From: Candidatus Poribacteria bacterium
GTDB lineage: Bacteria > Poribacteria > WGA-4E > PCPOR2b
Assembly: GCA_965247655.1 (NCBI GenBank)
Contig: OZ252032.1
Coordinates: 3,717,888-3,781,887 of the forward strand
Length of the DNA: 64,000 bases
Direction: 5' to 3'
In this document: positions 1 through 9,220 of the stretch, one piece after another
Layout of the letters: each line of letters begins with the position of its first letter
Position numbering within the stretch: the stretch's first letter is position 1
Notes under the pieces: model-generated
Seen by the model: only the letters and a program-made list of their open reading frames with translations
Database searches by the model: none
What the model was told of the DNA's origin: nothing
Position numbers and translations under genes: made by a program

Positions 1-526
1 GCCAGACACGCCGGGCGAATTCATACGTCTCTTGTGGCGTCACCTTTCCGATGCTGAACGCATCCACGATGCCCATGCCGGCAATGGCCAGGACTTTGAT
101 GCCTTCGTCCTCCAAGAATTGTTTTTCCAGCACATTGAGTTCGTCCGGGTAGGGTGTCGCAACCACGGCGCGCCGAACCCCGAGCGTCCGCAACGCCCCT
201 GCAACGGAACCTGATGTCGTTACCGCTTTGGCTTCTCCTGCCCGCTCGATCCGGTTTCGCAATTCGATTTCGCCTTCAACGCCCGCGACAAAACTACTCG
301 CAGTGCAGGCAAAGGCTATCACATCTGCATGTGCACTACCAAGTTCATCGGCGGCACGCTCCACATGTTGAAGCATCGCCTTGGAGTCGTCTACATCTGA
401 CCGTGTATTCCGCATCCGCGCCGCGTAGACGTTAATGCCTTCTGGAATCATTCGGTTAAATTCTGGTTCGACGACTGTATTAACCGATGGCACTAACAAA
501 CCGATTCGTCCGTTCTGTCCGTACAT
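1..526 (-). CDS. Asp/Glu/hydantoin-racemase superfamily protein (maleate isomerase / arylmalonate decarboxylase-like), N-terminal part; the C-terminus lies outside the window
   Basis: Absent from the ORF track because it runs off the edge. Minus-strand ATG at 526-524 is preceded by a GAGGTG RBS. My translation, MYGQNGRIGLLVPSVNTVVEPEFNRMIPEGINVYAARMRNT..., shows the N-terminal G-x-x-VPS-x-NT-x-x-E-x-E pattern typical of this family. Confidence 0.6.
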   Translation of the reverse strand, partial: MYGQNGRIGLLVPSVNTVVEPEFNRMIPEGINVYAARMRNTRSDVDDSKAMLQHVERAADELGSAHADVIAFACTASSFVAGVEGEIELRNRIERAGEAKAVTTSGSVAGALRTLGVRRAVVATPYPDELNVLEKQFLEDEGIKVLAIAGMGIVDAFSIGKVTPQETYEFARRVW

Positions 527-536
527 TTTTATCACC

Positions 537-812
537 TCATCTAGGTATAGGTTGAACGTTTGCTTTCAGCCAATCAACAAAGGCTGCAAATGTCATGTCT
601 TCAGTTAAGGAGAGTAGACTCTTGTCACTCCTATGAAGGTGCGGCACATATTCACCGCCATGCTCTTCACCAATTCGACCATACTTGAGCCGAATTGCGC
701 GTGGATCCGGGCTATTGTCAAAACCTGCTTCGACCCAATCTCCGCGTAGAACATAGTACCGATATTTTCGCATACCATCGCTGAATAACTCGGTAATCAA
801 CACCCGATACAC
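537..812 (-). CDS. Small hypothetical protein (91 aa from GTG), second gene of a two-gene cassette; possibly the remnant of a longer gene interrupted by an amber codon
   Basis: ORF track 537..812. The GTG start lies 12 nt downstream of an in-frame TAG (827-825). Protein-like sequence continues upstream in the same frame. I cannot name a family motif with certainty. Confidence 0.4.
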   Translation of the reverse strand: MYRVLITELFSDGMRKYRYYVLRGDWVEAGFDNSPDPRAIRLKYGRIGEEHGGEYVPHLHRSDKSLLSLTEDMTFAAFVDWLKANVQPIPR

Positions 813-904
813 GCCATACTTAGCCTAAAGACGCAAAATAGCCCGTTTAGGGGTTGCGTCAGCGACATGCTCGACTTGTTCAAAGGCATCTTGTGCAAGG
901 GCAA

Positions 905-1237
905 TTATGCCAGCAAAATGGTTGGCAGTTTTTGCGTCCAATCTTCAATTCCTTTGTAACAGAATTCCCAATCTGCCAGATCAATCTCCCACATTTTATT
1001 CCCCTCAGCTTCGACCTGATTGATAAGTGTTTCATCTTTAGCCATACGTTCAGCGAAGGTTGGGTATTCCATTCCATATTTGGTTTGATATTTAGCATCT
1101 TTTTGCTGGAGTTCAGCTATCTTGACGGCAATCTGCTCAATTGTGTACCGCTGTAGAGCCTGGTCAATAGCTGTTTGTAAGTCGCCAAAGGTTGTCAATA
1201 CCTCAACGTATTTATCTTTGACTGAGACTGTAGCCAT
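905..1237 (-). CDS. Small hypothetical protein (110 aa), first gene of the two-gene cassette (antitoxin-like position)
   Basis: ORF 905..1252. ATG at 1237 lies 7 nt after GAGG, so I prefer it to the TTG at 1252. Confidence 0.5.
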   Translation of the reverse strand: MATVSVKDKYVEVLTTFGDLQTAIDQALQRYTIEQIAVKIAELQQKDAKYQTKYGMEYPTFAERMAKDETLINQVEAEGNKMWEIDLADWEFCYKGIEDWTQKLPTILLA

Positions 1238-1332
1238 AATCTTACCTCGCAATTCTAGCGAAACGCTTCGGTCAGGACTTGCCGAAAAGCTGACTGACCG
1301 TCCAATAGGGTTTTCACGCTTGCTTTCCGATT

Positions 1333-2220
1333 TTAATCCTTTTTCAGATACCTTTTGGCGATCTTTGCTGCCACTGTCCCAATCTGATAGTAACCGACCG
1401 AGATCTGTCCGACATGGGTCAAGATGTCATACGCCTTCCAGCGATCCCAGCCGAACTCTTCCTCCATCCATAAGATTAACCACGCATAAGCCTGAGCGGT
1501 CGAATGCTCCATCGGGCAGCCGGTGGCGACGGTCATGATCTCTGTAGGGGATTCGATTCGAGGTCCCGGCAGGTTTTTGCCCTTGATTAGATCGACAGTA
1601 ATCTTTGTCTCAGAAGGCATTTCCAGTCCAGAAGCGGAAAGTTCGCCGTGTCCCATTGCAGCGTGTGCATCGCCCAAATAGAGATACCCTCCTGATACAA
1701 ATACGGGCAGGTAAACGGTATTGCCGGGACAGGTTTCGATGATATCCATATTACCACCGTGAGGGCCCGCCGGTCCTGTTGTCGGCACACCGGTATCCGG
1801 AGCCGTTCCGATACAACCGAGCATCGGAGTGTAGGGGATGGTGATGTCATCGCTCCAGTAGATCTGTCCGTCGCGGATAGGACAGACATGCACGCCATGC
1901 GGGCAGTCGTCGCCTAACCATTCGGCAAGCTGTCGGGGATCGGAGGTTCGGGTCGCACATTGACCGAGACTCGGTCGAATTTCCTCAATTTTAACTGCCA
2001 GCGCGTCTCCCGGTTCAGCACCCTCAATCCAGATTGGACCTGTTTGTGGGTTGCCGTAAGGTTTCTTGGTCTTATCTCGCCGATCGGTGTTGGTGCGGAT
2101 CTGACCCGAAAAGGCGTCCTCTGCCTCCACCAATACGCTTTCGCCCGGCGCGATCCTTAAGCGCGGCTCGTTATGCCGACTGAACTCATAGTAAAGTGGA
2201 CCAAGGGGGAGTCTTTTCAT
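1333..2220 (-). CDS. Acetamidase/formamidase family protein
   Basis: 295 aa with GGNMD and GDAHAAMGHGE blocks characteristic of the FmdA/AmdA family. AAGAGG RBS upstream of the ATG. Confidence 0.85.
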   Translation of the reverse strand: MKRLPLGPLYYEFSRHNEPRLRIAPGESVLVEAEDAFSGQIRTNTDRRDKTKKPYGNPQTGPIWIEGAEPGDALAVKIEEIRPSLGQCATRTSDPRQLAEWLGDDCPHGVHVCPIRDGQIYWSDDITIPYTPMLGCIGTAPDTGVPTTGPAGPHGGNMDIIETCPGNTVYLPVFVSGGYLYLGDAHAAMGHGELSASGLEMPSETKITVDLIKGKNLPGPRIESPTEIMTVATGCPMEHSTAQAYAWLILWMEEEFGWDRWKAYDILTHVGQISVGYYQIGTVAAKIAKRYLKKD

Positions 2221-2306
2221 ATTATACCTCTTTCGTTTTTGTAGTCGTGGGTATTTCGTCGGATGTCGCTCATTTTATCTTTGCTCATTTTAAGAAATCG
2301 TACAAC

Positions 2307-2385
2307 AGAAACCGAGTTTTCAAGTCCGAGAGGACCTCCGATGAATCGAGAGCAGGCCCGTGACCGGGGAAAAAACTCGGTTTCT
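2307..2385. repeat. Hairpin repeat module with a perfect 14-bp inverted repeat
   Basis: AGAAACCGAGTTTT (2307-2320) pairs with AAAACTCGGTTTCT (2372-2385). The interior (GTCCGAG...CCGATGAATCG...CCCGTGACCGGGGA) is shared with modules at 43751-43790 and 56441-56545. Confidence 0.7.
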
Positions 2386-2450
2386 CTATGCGTTTATAGC
2401 CCGACTGCACCAATGAACAAATGGTTGTCACGTTTCACGCTCTTTGCGGT

Positions 2451-3239
2451 TCACCAGAGGCTCCAGCCGCCATCCACCACGAGGTTATGTCCGGTGATCC
2501 AGTTACCGGCGCGTGAGGCAAGCAGGGCAACGGACCCTTTGATGTCATCAGCAACCCCTGTGCGTTCAAGTGGGTTGCTCAGGCGACACCGCTCTGCTAG
2601 TTCCGGATCCGTCGTCGATTTTGGAATCTGTCCCGGACTGATACAGTTGACGGTGATACTGTACTCACCCAGCTCAACTGCGAGTGCCCGCGTTAGGTTG
2701 ACTATGCCACCCTTCGCCGCCTGATAGGGAGGACCCGAACGATTGAAATCCAACCCTTCGTAGAGACGTTTATCGGCACTCAGAAAACCGTGTATGGATC
2801 CGAGGGTGATGATTGTACCACTGCGTTGCGGAATCATTACGCGGGCTGCGGCTTGTGCACAGATATAGGTGCTTTTGACATTTATCTCCCATGTACGGGT
2901 GAATTCGTCAATCGAAGCGTTGGGAATATAGCTCGTTGTCGCAGCACCACCGGCGTTGCACACCATTATGTCCAACCGCCCGTGCATTTTGACCACATCT
3001 TCCACAAGTGCGTTGACCTGCGCTTCGTCAGTGACGTCGCAGCCAAGTCCGACGCATCTGATGCCAGCTTCTTGTAACTCCGCTGCAACCTGTTCACATA
3101 AGGCTTTGCGGCGGCTAGCAATAACTGTCGCAGCCCCCAGTTCGCCGAGTGCGGTCGCCATTGCGCGTCCTAAATGAGTCCCACCGCCGGTAATGATGGC
3201 AACACGATCATGAAGTTCAAACATCTCCTGTATTTTCAT
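2451..3239 (-). CDS. SDR-family oxidoreductase (gluconate 5-dehydrogenase-like)
   Basis: 262 aa with ITGGGTHLGRA (TGxxxGxG), NAGG, and YQAAKGG (YxxxK). Confidence 0.85.
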   Translation of the reverse strand: MKIQEMFELHDRVAIITGGGTHLGRAMATALGELGAATVIASRRKALCEQVAAELQEAGIRCVGLGCDVTDEAQVNALVEDVVKMHGRLDIMVCNAGGAATTSYIPNASIDEFTRTWEINVKSTYICAQAAARVMIPQRSGTIITLGSIHGFLSADKRLYEGLDFNRSGPPYQAAKGGIVNLTRALAVELGEYSITVNCISPGQIPKSTTDPELAERCRLSNPLERTGVADDIKGSVALLASRAGNWITGHNLVVDGGWSLW

Positions 3240-3400
3240 TTGGGCAGTCCTAAGAGGTTTGTTTCTCCGATGAAGAAGCTGGGGATTTTTTCGAGTCCGG
3301 GTATTTAGACAAGTGTGCTATAATATCTGCTTTAGATGAAACGAATATCCTTTCAGTTTGGAAATTCAGTATCCACAAATTAAAGATAGAGGTGTCAACT

Positions 3401-4252
3401 ATGATATTGGGAAGTGGTGAATATTGTTACCAAGTCGTTAAAGGTTGGGGACAGGGCCCCAACGGTCGCACACTAGGCATCGCCTCGGGTGTCGCCGTTG
3501 ATTCGCAGGACAAGGTCTATGTTGTAGACCGCGAGCCGAACGCAGCGATCGTGGTCTATGACCGAGATGGTCGCTTTCTCTCATCATGGGGTGAGGACCT
3601 CCTCAGTCTGCCTCACGATATTTTTATTGATTCAGAAGATCGCCTATACATCGCCGACTGTGGCGATCACACAGTGCGTATCTGCACCACAGAGGGTCAG
3701 GTACTACAAACGCTTGGGACACCCAATAAGGCAGGAGCCCCCGGCGAGCCATTCAACATGCCGACTCGTGCAGTCGTCTCCCGATCGGGTGATATTTACG
3801 TTTCGGACGGTTACGGTCAGCATCAGATACATCAGTTCTCACCCGATGGAACCCTGCTAAACACTTGGGGCAAAGAGGGAGCAGCACCGGGGCAGTTCAC
3901 CCTTCCTCATAATGTTTTCACGGACCGAGAAGACAGGGTGTTGGTCGCTGACAGAGAGACGAATAATCGCATCCAAATTTTTGACCCTGACGGAGGTTTC
4001 CTCTCTGAGTGGCCAGGGCGCCTTGGTCCTTGCGGATTATACATTGACGCAGACGATACCGTTTACATCGCCGAGGGCGGTGGTGTCAGCATCTTTGACC
4101 GAGACGGAAAGCTGCTTACCTGCTGGAACGTGTTGGGCGGACCCGACGATATGGCACACGGTGCCCACGGCATTTGGGTAGACCGGCACGGGGACATATA
4201 TATCGGTGAAGTGGGCGTTGAGAATCTGCTGCATAAGTTTGTTCGTGTGTGA
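3401..4252 (+). CDS. NHL-repeat beta-propeller protein
   Basis: Repeated motifs of the type VAVDSxxxVYVxDxxNxRIxxFDxDG. ATG at 3401 (AGAGG RBS at 3387-3391) is preferred to the GTG at 3392. No signal peptide is evident. Confidence 0.8.
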   Translation: MILGSGEYCYQVVKGWGQGPNGRTLGIASGVAVDSQDKVYVVDREPNAAIVVYDRDGRFLSSWGEDLLSLPHDIFIDSEDRLYIADCGDHTVRICTTEGQVLQTLGTPNKAGAPGEPFNMPTRAVVSRSGDIYVSDGYGQHQIHQFSPDGTLLNTWGKEGAAPGQFTLPHNVFTDREDRVLVADRETNNRIQIFDPDGGFLSEWPGRLGPCGLYIDADDTVYIAEGGGVSIFDRDGKLLTCWNVLGGPDDMAHGAHGIWVDRHGDIYIGEVGVENLLHKFVRV

Positions 4253-4294
4253 GGGGAATGTATGGGCATAGCCGTCTCCTCGCGCTCGGCATTT

Positions 4295-5263
4295 TTACCG
4301 ATATACTGACTGGATCACCCCCCGAATATATCCGACTGCGTATGCCTGTCCTGCTCTGCCCGCGTCTGTCTGCGGAAATCCCGGCGTGTGATCCATCATA
4401 AAGGGACCGTTAAAGCCTGCATCTCGATAGATCGCCATCGCTCGGTGCATGTCTATATCGCCTTCATCAAGAAAAACCTCTTGGAAACTTGGCAGGCATC
4501 CGCGGACATTGCGGAAGTGGACGAAGACGATCTTGTTTTTAGTAGCCATCTCCCGAATCGCTTCATACACATTTACCCCCATCTCAGTGACGCAGCCCTG
4601 ACAGAACAGCATTCCGTTGGAGTCGAATGGAACGATGTCGAAAATCCGCCGGTACTGGTCAAGAGTTGATGCAATCTGCGCTACACCCCCTAGCGATTCG
4701 GGAATCGGCGGATCATCCGGGTGCAGTGCCATCCGGACTCCGACTTTGTCAGCCATCGGAATCACCCCTTCGAGGAAGTGCGTTATATGCTCCCACATCT
4801 CCTCCTCCGAGACCGGTGGGTCGTGTGGTTTGGGGCGATCCTGTGCAAACTCATCGTAATCAAAGGTGCTGTAGGAGGTGCCCCCTCTACCTTTGGCGGA
4901 TGTTGTGCGAAAATTCCCCATCGGTTTGAAATTGTATCCTAGCGCCGGGATACCAGCCGCGCTGATGCCCCGAAGCATTGTGCACCACGCCTCAATCTTC
5001 TCATCCCGATCTGGCAACCCTAGCCCAATTTCATCCCAGCCCGCCATAAAAATGCTGTATAGCTCTAGTCCGTGGGCCTCTGTCTTCGCCTTCGCCGCTT
5101 CAAAGAAATCTGTCCTGTCTACCCCATCTCGCAGGTCCAGTGAAGGGTCAACGCGGTGCATACCGCGAATATCAAGGCAAAGGCGATCGATTCCAATGGC
5201 GTTAAAAAAACTCAGATTCTCATCGTTAAACTGTTCCCAACTGAGTAGATCCTGAATGTACAT
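4295..5263 (-). CDS. uxuA: Mannonate dehydratase-like (UxuA family)
   Basis: 322 aa with HPDDPP, VHFRNV...F.E.FLDEGDIDM and MMDHTPG blocks typical of UxuA. GGAGGGG RBS. Confidence 0.7.
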   Translation of the reverse strand: MYIQDLLSWEQFNDENLSFFNAIGIDRLCLDIRGMHRVDPSLDLRDGVDRTDFFEAAKAKTEAHGLELYSIFMAGWDEIGLGLPDRDEKIEAWCTMLRGISAAGIPALGYNFKPMGNFRTTSAKGRGGTSYSTFDYDEFAQDRPKPHDPPVSEEEMWEHITHFLEGVIPMADKVGVRMALHPDDPPIPESLGGVAQIASTLDQYRRIFDIVPFDSNGMLFCQGCVTEMGVNVYEAIREMATKNKIVFVHFRNVRGCLPSFQEVFLDEGDIDMHRAMAIYRDAGFNGPFMMDHTPGFPQTDAGRAGQAYAVGYIRGVIQSVYR

Positions 5264-5306
5264 AAAGTCCCCTCCGATTACCTCGTAAATTTCTAATGCA
5301 GCTATT

Positions 5307-5410
5307 ATAACTCAAGTTGCTACCCATTGAAAATCCATCGGATTGTCGTTAGAGTTGAGGTTTCTACCTTTCACTCCAGTTGCTTTGAATCCCGATCTTA
5401 TCGGGGAGGA
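5307..5410. repeat. Repeat fragments: a solo TIR-like end plus a CCCGAT..ATCGGG/CAAAGCAACTGG module
   Basis: ATAACTCAAGTTGCTACCC at 5307-5325. CCAGTTGCTTTGAATCCCGATCTTATCGGGGAGG at 5377-5410 is the reverse complement of the module at 17225-17268. Confidence 0.75.
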
Positions 5411-5506
5411 GCACTATGTGTATAACCAAGTGTGTCTACCCCAAATATTCTAAAACCTCCGTACGCTCCCGCATCTCAGCAAATGCTGTTTTCTCAATAA
5501 TGGCAG

Positions 5507-6478
5507 TTATCGGTCAACCTGTTTGAGCCACCCCCATATCGTGAGTATCTTACCGGCGGGAGCAACTGCAAGAACAGGGTTAAACCATGCAGGATCAGTG
5601 TCATCATCGGGATTATTGGTGAGGTTTCGCTGATTACCCCCATCGCCGTCCATCACGTAGATGTCCAAGTGCCCACCCCTATTAGACACGAAGGCAATCC
5701 GTTTACCGTCAGGGGACCATGAGGGATCCTTATCAGAAAAGAGATCGTTAGAGAGGTTTCGCGGATTACCCCCATCGGCATCCATCACATAGATTTCCCG
5801 GTTCCCCCCGTTCTTCATGGAAGTAAAGGCAATGCGTTTACCATCAGGGGACCATGAGGGATCCTCGTCAAAACGAGCATTATTGGTGAGGTTTAGCAGA
5901 TTATCCCCATCGGCATCCATCACGTAGATTTCCAAGTTTCCAGTCCTACTAGAAGCAAAGGCAATGCGTTTACCGTCAGGGGACCATGAGGGATCTTTAT
6001 CATCAAAAAAGAGATCGTTAGAGAGGTTTCGCTGATTCTTGCCATCGGCGTCCATCACGTAGATTTGCCAATTCCCACCCGCAATACCCCTAGCCCCACT
6101 AGAAGTGAAGGCAATGCGTTTACCGTCAGGGGACCATGAGGGATCCCATTGAGCAACGGGAGCGTTAGTGAGTCTTCGCGGATTACCCCCATCGGCGTCC
6201 ATCACGTAGATTTGACGGTTCCCATCTCGTTCAGCAGTAAAAATAATGCGCTTGCTGTCGGGAGACCATGTGGGATGCCAATCATCAAAAAAGGGGCTTT
6301 TAGTGAGTCTTCGCGGATTACCCCCATCGGTGTCCATCACATAGATTTCCATGTTCCCATCCCTCTCAGACGTGAAGGCAATCCGTGCCTGTGCGTCAAC
6401 ATCTACCATCAGCGGCGTTAGACTCAAGACTACAACGCTAGCTAAAATGAAATGTGCGCGATTGTATCTCCGTTGCAT
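5507..6478 (-). CDS. PD40 (WD40-like, TolB-type) beta-propeller repeat protein with N-terminal signal/anchor
   Basis: 323 aa with about 7 repeats of EIYVMDADGGNxRxLTNxxxxDxDPSWSPDGKRIAF. Hydrophobic N-terminus. Confidence 0.85.
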   Translation of the reverse strand: MQRRYNRAHFILASVVVLSLTPLMVDVDAQARIAFTSERDGNMEIYVMDTDGGNPRRLTKSPFFDDWHPTWSPDSKRIIFTAERDGNRQIYVMDADGGNPRRLTNAPVAQWDPSWSPDGKRIAFTSSGARGIAGGNWQIYVMDADGKNQRNLSNDLFFDDKDPSWSPDGKRIAFASSRTGNLEIYVMDADGDNLLNLTNNARFDEDPSWSPDGKRIAFTSMKNGGNREIYVMDADGGNPRNLSNDLFSDKDPSWSPDGKRIAFVSNRGGHLDIYVMDGDGGNQRNLTNNPDDDTDPAWFNPVLAVAPAGKILTIWGWLKQVDR

Positions 6479-6664
6479 CTGCTATTCCTCCTCTGTTCTC
6501 AAATCGGTTTTTTATCCTTTGGGGTTGATAGACGTCAGATTGTGTTGGCAACACCTTTACAATTAAAGGGGCAACTCGGTTTGTTATCGCATGAAGTCTG
6601 CGCCCCTTCCTTGGCGTTTATGACCCAACCTCAGCAAACACTGTTCTCTCAATAATGGCAGTTA

Positions 6665-7621
6665 TCAGTCAACTTGTTTGAGTTGTCCCCATATTGTGAG
6701 TATCTTACCGGCGAGAGCAACTGCAAAAGCAGGGTCAAACCATGCAGGAGCAGTGTCGTCATGGGGATTATTAGTGAGGTTTTGCTGATTACCCCCATCG
6801 GCGTCCATCACGTAGATGTCACGGTTTCCATCCCTCTCAGACGAGAAGGCAATGTGTTCACCGTTAGGGGACCATGAGGGATGCCAACCATCCTGGCGAT
6901 TATTGGTGAGTCTTTGTTGATTACTCCCATCGGCGTCCATCACGTAGATGTCAAAGTTTTCAAAGTTCCCCTTCCTATCAGACGTGAAGGCAATCCGTTC
7001 ACCATCGGGTGACCATGAGGGATGCCAGTCATTCTGGCGATTATTGGTGAGTCTTTGTTGATTACCCCCATCGGCGTCCATCACGTAGATTTCCAAGTTC
7101 CCATCCCTAGTAGTAACAAAGGCAATGCGTCTATCGTCAGGGGACCATGAGGGATCCCATTCATCAACAAGGGGACTGTTAGTGAGTCTTTGTTGATTAC
7201 CCCCATCGGCGTCCATCACGTAGATATCAAAGTTTCCAACCCTACTAGAAGCAAAGGCAATACGTCTACCGTCCGGAGACCATGAGGGATCTTCGTCATC
7301 ATGGGCATTATTGGTGAGGTTTCGCTGATTACCCCCATCACCGTCCATCACGTAGATGTCAAAGTCGCCACCCCTAATGGAACTGAAGATAATGCGTTTA
7401 CTGTCGGGAGACCATGCAGGAGCAGTGTCATCAAAAGGATTGTTAGTGAGGTTTCGCTGATTACCCCCATCGGCGTCCATCACGTAGATTTCCTGATTCC
7501 CATCCCTCTCAGACACGAAGGCAATCTGTGCCTGTGCGTCAACGTCTACCATTAGCGGCGTTAGACTCGACACTATAACGCTAGCTAAAATGAAATGTGC
7601 GCGATTGTATCTCCGTTGCAT
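6665..7621 (-). CDS. PD40 beta-propeller repeat protein, tandem paralog of 5507..6478
   Basis: Same architecture. I place the start at ATG 7621 (MQRRYNRAHF, GGAGGA RBS 7 nt upstream). The ORF-track TTG at 7645 would translate the RBS itself. Confidence 0.85.
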   Translation of the reverse strand: MQRRYNRAHFILASVIVSSLTPLMVDVDAQAQIAFVSERDGNQEIYVMDADGGNQRNLTNNPFDDTAPAWSPDSKRIIFSSIRGGDFDIYVMDGDGGNQRNLTNNAHDDEDPSWSPDGRRIAFASSRVGNFDIYVMDADGGNQQRLTNSPLVDEWDPSWSPDDRRIAFVTTRDGNLEIYVMDADGGNQQRLTNNRQNDWHPSWSPDGERIAFTSDRKGNFENFDIYVMDADGSNQQRLTNNRQDGWHPSWSPNGEHIAFSSERDGNRDIYVMDADGGNQQNLTNNPHDDTAPAWFDPAFAVALAGKILTIWGQLKQVD

Positions 7622-7789
7622 CTGTTTTTCCTCCTCTGTTTTCAAATCGATCTCTTATCCTTTGGGCCTGATAGAGGTCAACTTGTGTAAGGAAGCCCTT
7701 TCCAATTAAGGTGGTAACTCAAGTTATTATACGCCAATCACCATCTTTCTGCAACGGAAATCTCCGGGTGCTATAAGGCTATTTCTCGA

Positions 7790-8923
7790 CTATGGCAGCA
7801 ACCCCAAAACCTGATCTATCTCCGCCTCCGAGTTATAGAAATGTGGCGATAGGCGGACGCCGCCCCGATCCGCTCCGATGACGTTTTCTCGCCTGAGCCG
7901 TTCAACCAGATCGGCTGATGTATATCGGTCACTTTCAAACACTACGATACCGGAACGCTCGGATTCTCCTGTTGGTGTCAGCAGCCGGTAGTCCTTTGAG
8001 CGGAGCCCTTCGATGAGGCGATCTGTCAGGGCCAATATTCGCTGCTCAATATTCGGGATTCCAATTTCTAGCAGCAGTTCGATTGCTGCACCGAGTCCAT
8101 ACAAGCCAACGCTGTTATACGATCCCTCCTCAAAGCGCGTAGCAGCCGGTTGAGGGGTGAAATCATAGTTCAGAAAATCCCTTGGATTGACGACACCCGC
8201 CCAACCGACGTTTGTGTTGATCAGTGCATCCTGTTTCTCCTTTGCACAGTAGAAGATTGCCGCGCCTTCAGGTGCGAGCAGCCACTTATGACCGTCGGCG
8301 GCAAGAATATCAACCTTGCAAGCCTTCACGTCCAAGTCAATCGCGCCCACGCTCTGTATAGCGTCCACCACAAACCAAATTTCTCTTTCTCGGCAGATGT
8401 CACCGATCGCCGCGATGTCGTTCCGAAAGCCTGATGCAAACTCGACGTGGCTGATCGTCACACACCGCGTCCGCTCGTCAATTGCCGCCTCAATATCCTC
8501 AATGTGAATGCGCCGATCTCGCTCCGGTGCCATTCGCGTTTCCACACCGAGACGCTTCAGGCTCAACCAAGGATAAACATTCGCAGGAAATTCCACAGCC
8601 GTTGTCACGACGTTGTCGCCCTCACGCCAATCAATCCCGTTTGCAGCGATGATGATGCCTTGTGAGGTGTTTTTCATAAAAGCTATCTCGTCAACATCAC
8701 TGTTAATCAGTTTGGCAGCGTTTGCACGACACGCTTCCGCTGTAGCATCCCAACGTTTGGAATTGACCGCACCGCTATTGGTCGCATCGTCCAAAAAACG
8801 CTCCATCGCCTGATGGACACACAACGGGAGCGGGGCAACTCCCGCGTGGTTCATGTAGATATATTTCTCTGCTACTCGAAATTGTTTTCGCCATTCGTTC
8901 CAATCAATCACGTTGTCCTCCAA
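7790..8923 (-). CDS. Class-V aminotransferase / cysteine desulfurase-like PLP enzyme
   Basis: 377 aa with ADGHKWLLAPEG (PLP-lysine context) and typical class-V length. The start may be GTG at 8911, because the GGAGGA RBS overlaps the listed TTG. Confidence 0.75.
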   Translation of the reverse strand: MEDNVIDWNEWRKQFRVAEKYIYMNHAGVAPLPLCVHQAMERFLDDATNSGAVNSKRWDATAEACRANAAKLINSDVDEIAFMKNTSQGIIIAANGIDWREGDNVVTTAVEFPANVYPWLSLKRLGVETRMAPERDRRIHIEDIEAAIDERTRCVTISHVEFASGFRNDIAAIGDICREREIWFVVDAIQSVGAIDLDVKACKVDILAADGHKWLLAPEGAAIFYCAKEKQDALINTNVGWAGVVNPRDFLNYDFTPQPAATRFEEGSYNSVGLYGLGAAIELLLEIGIPNIEQRILALTDRLIEGLRSKDYRLLTPTGESERSGIVVFESDRYTSADLVERLRRENVIGADRGGVRLSPHFYNSEAEIDQVLGLLP

Positions 8924-8987
8924 TTTAGTTCTTTAATAGGCAACACCCTATAGCGTGTGCATCAATTTCTGTCTCGGTATATATCAG

Positions 8988-9220
8988 TCTCGTGTCAAAA
9001 GAAAGTACAAAACGCAAAGAGCGTGAAACGTGAAAACTACGAGCCCAATTCAATACCGGTATAGTCAAGACTATTACGTAACCTAAGTTGCTAGGGTCAT
9101 TTAATTCTTCGAGCGGGGCAAGATGCCCCGCCTACAGGGTCGGGTAGAACGTGGTGCTACTACGAACAGCGAGGCATAAGCCAAAACGGAAAAACTAAAT
9201 GCCCCTAGCAACTTGCGTTA
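8988..9220. mobile_element. Composite MITE-like insertion flanked by a 12-bp direct repeat
   Basis: GGTATATATCAG occurs at 8976-8987 and 9221-9232. Inside is a TIR pair: CGTAACCTAAGTTGCTAGGG (9077-9096) and CCCCTAGCAACTTGCGTTAGG (9202-9222). There is also a GCGGGGCAAGATGCCCCGC hairpin (9113-9131). Confidence 0.6.

Larger units (their letters stand above)
5475..7790. repeat. Tandem duplication of a ~1.16-kb unit (PD40 gene plus both flanks)
   Basis: Units 5475-6629 and 6630-~7790 share coding sequence, RBS (GGAGGA) and both flanks. For example, CTCAGCAAATGCTGTTTTCTCAATAATGGCAGTTATC at 5475 matches 6630. Confidence 0.85.

Noticed and set aside
6040-7500. Regularly spaced ~25-30-bp near-identical DNA repeats that could trigger a CRISPR-array call.
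   Set aside because: They lie inside two long, well-supported ORFs and encode the conserved YVMDADGGN blade motif of PD40 repeats. The 'spacers' are coding and similar to each other, and there are no cas genes.
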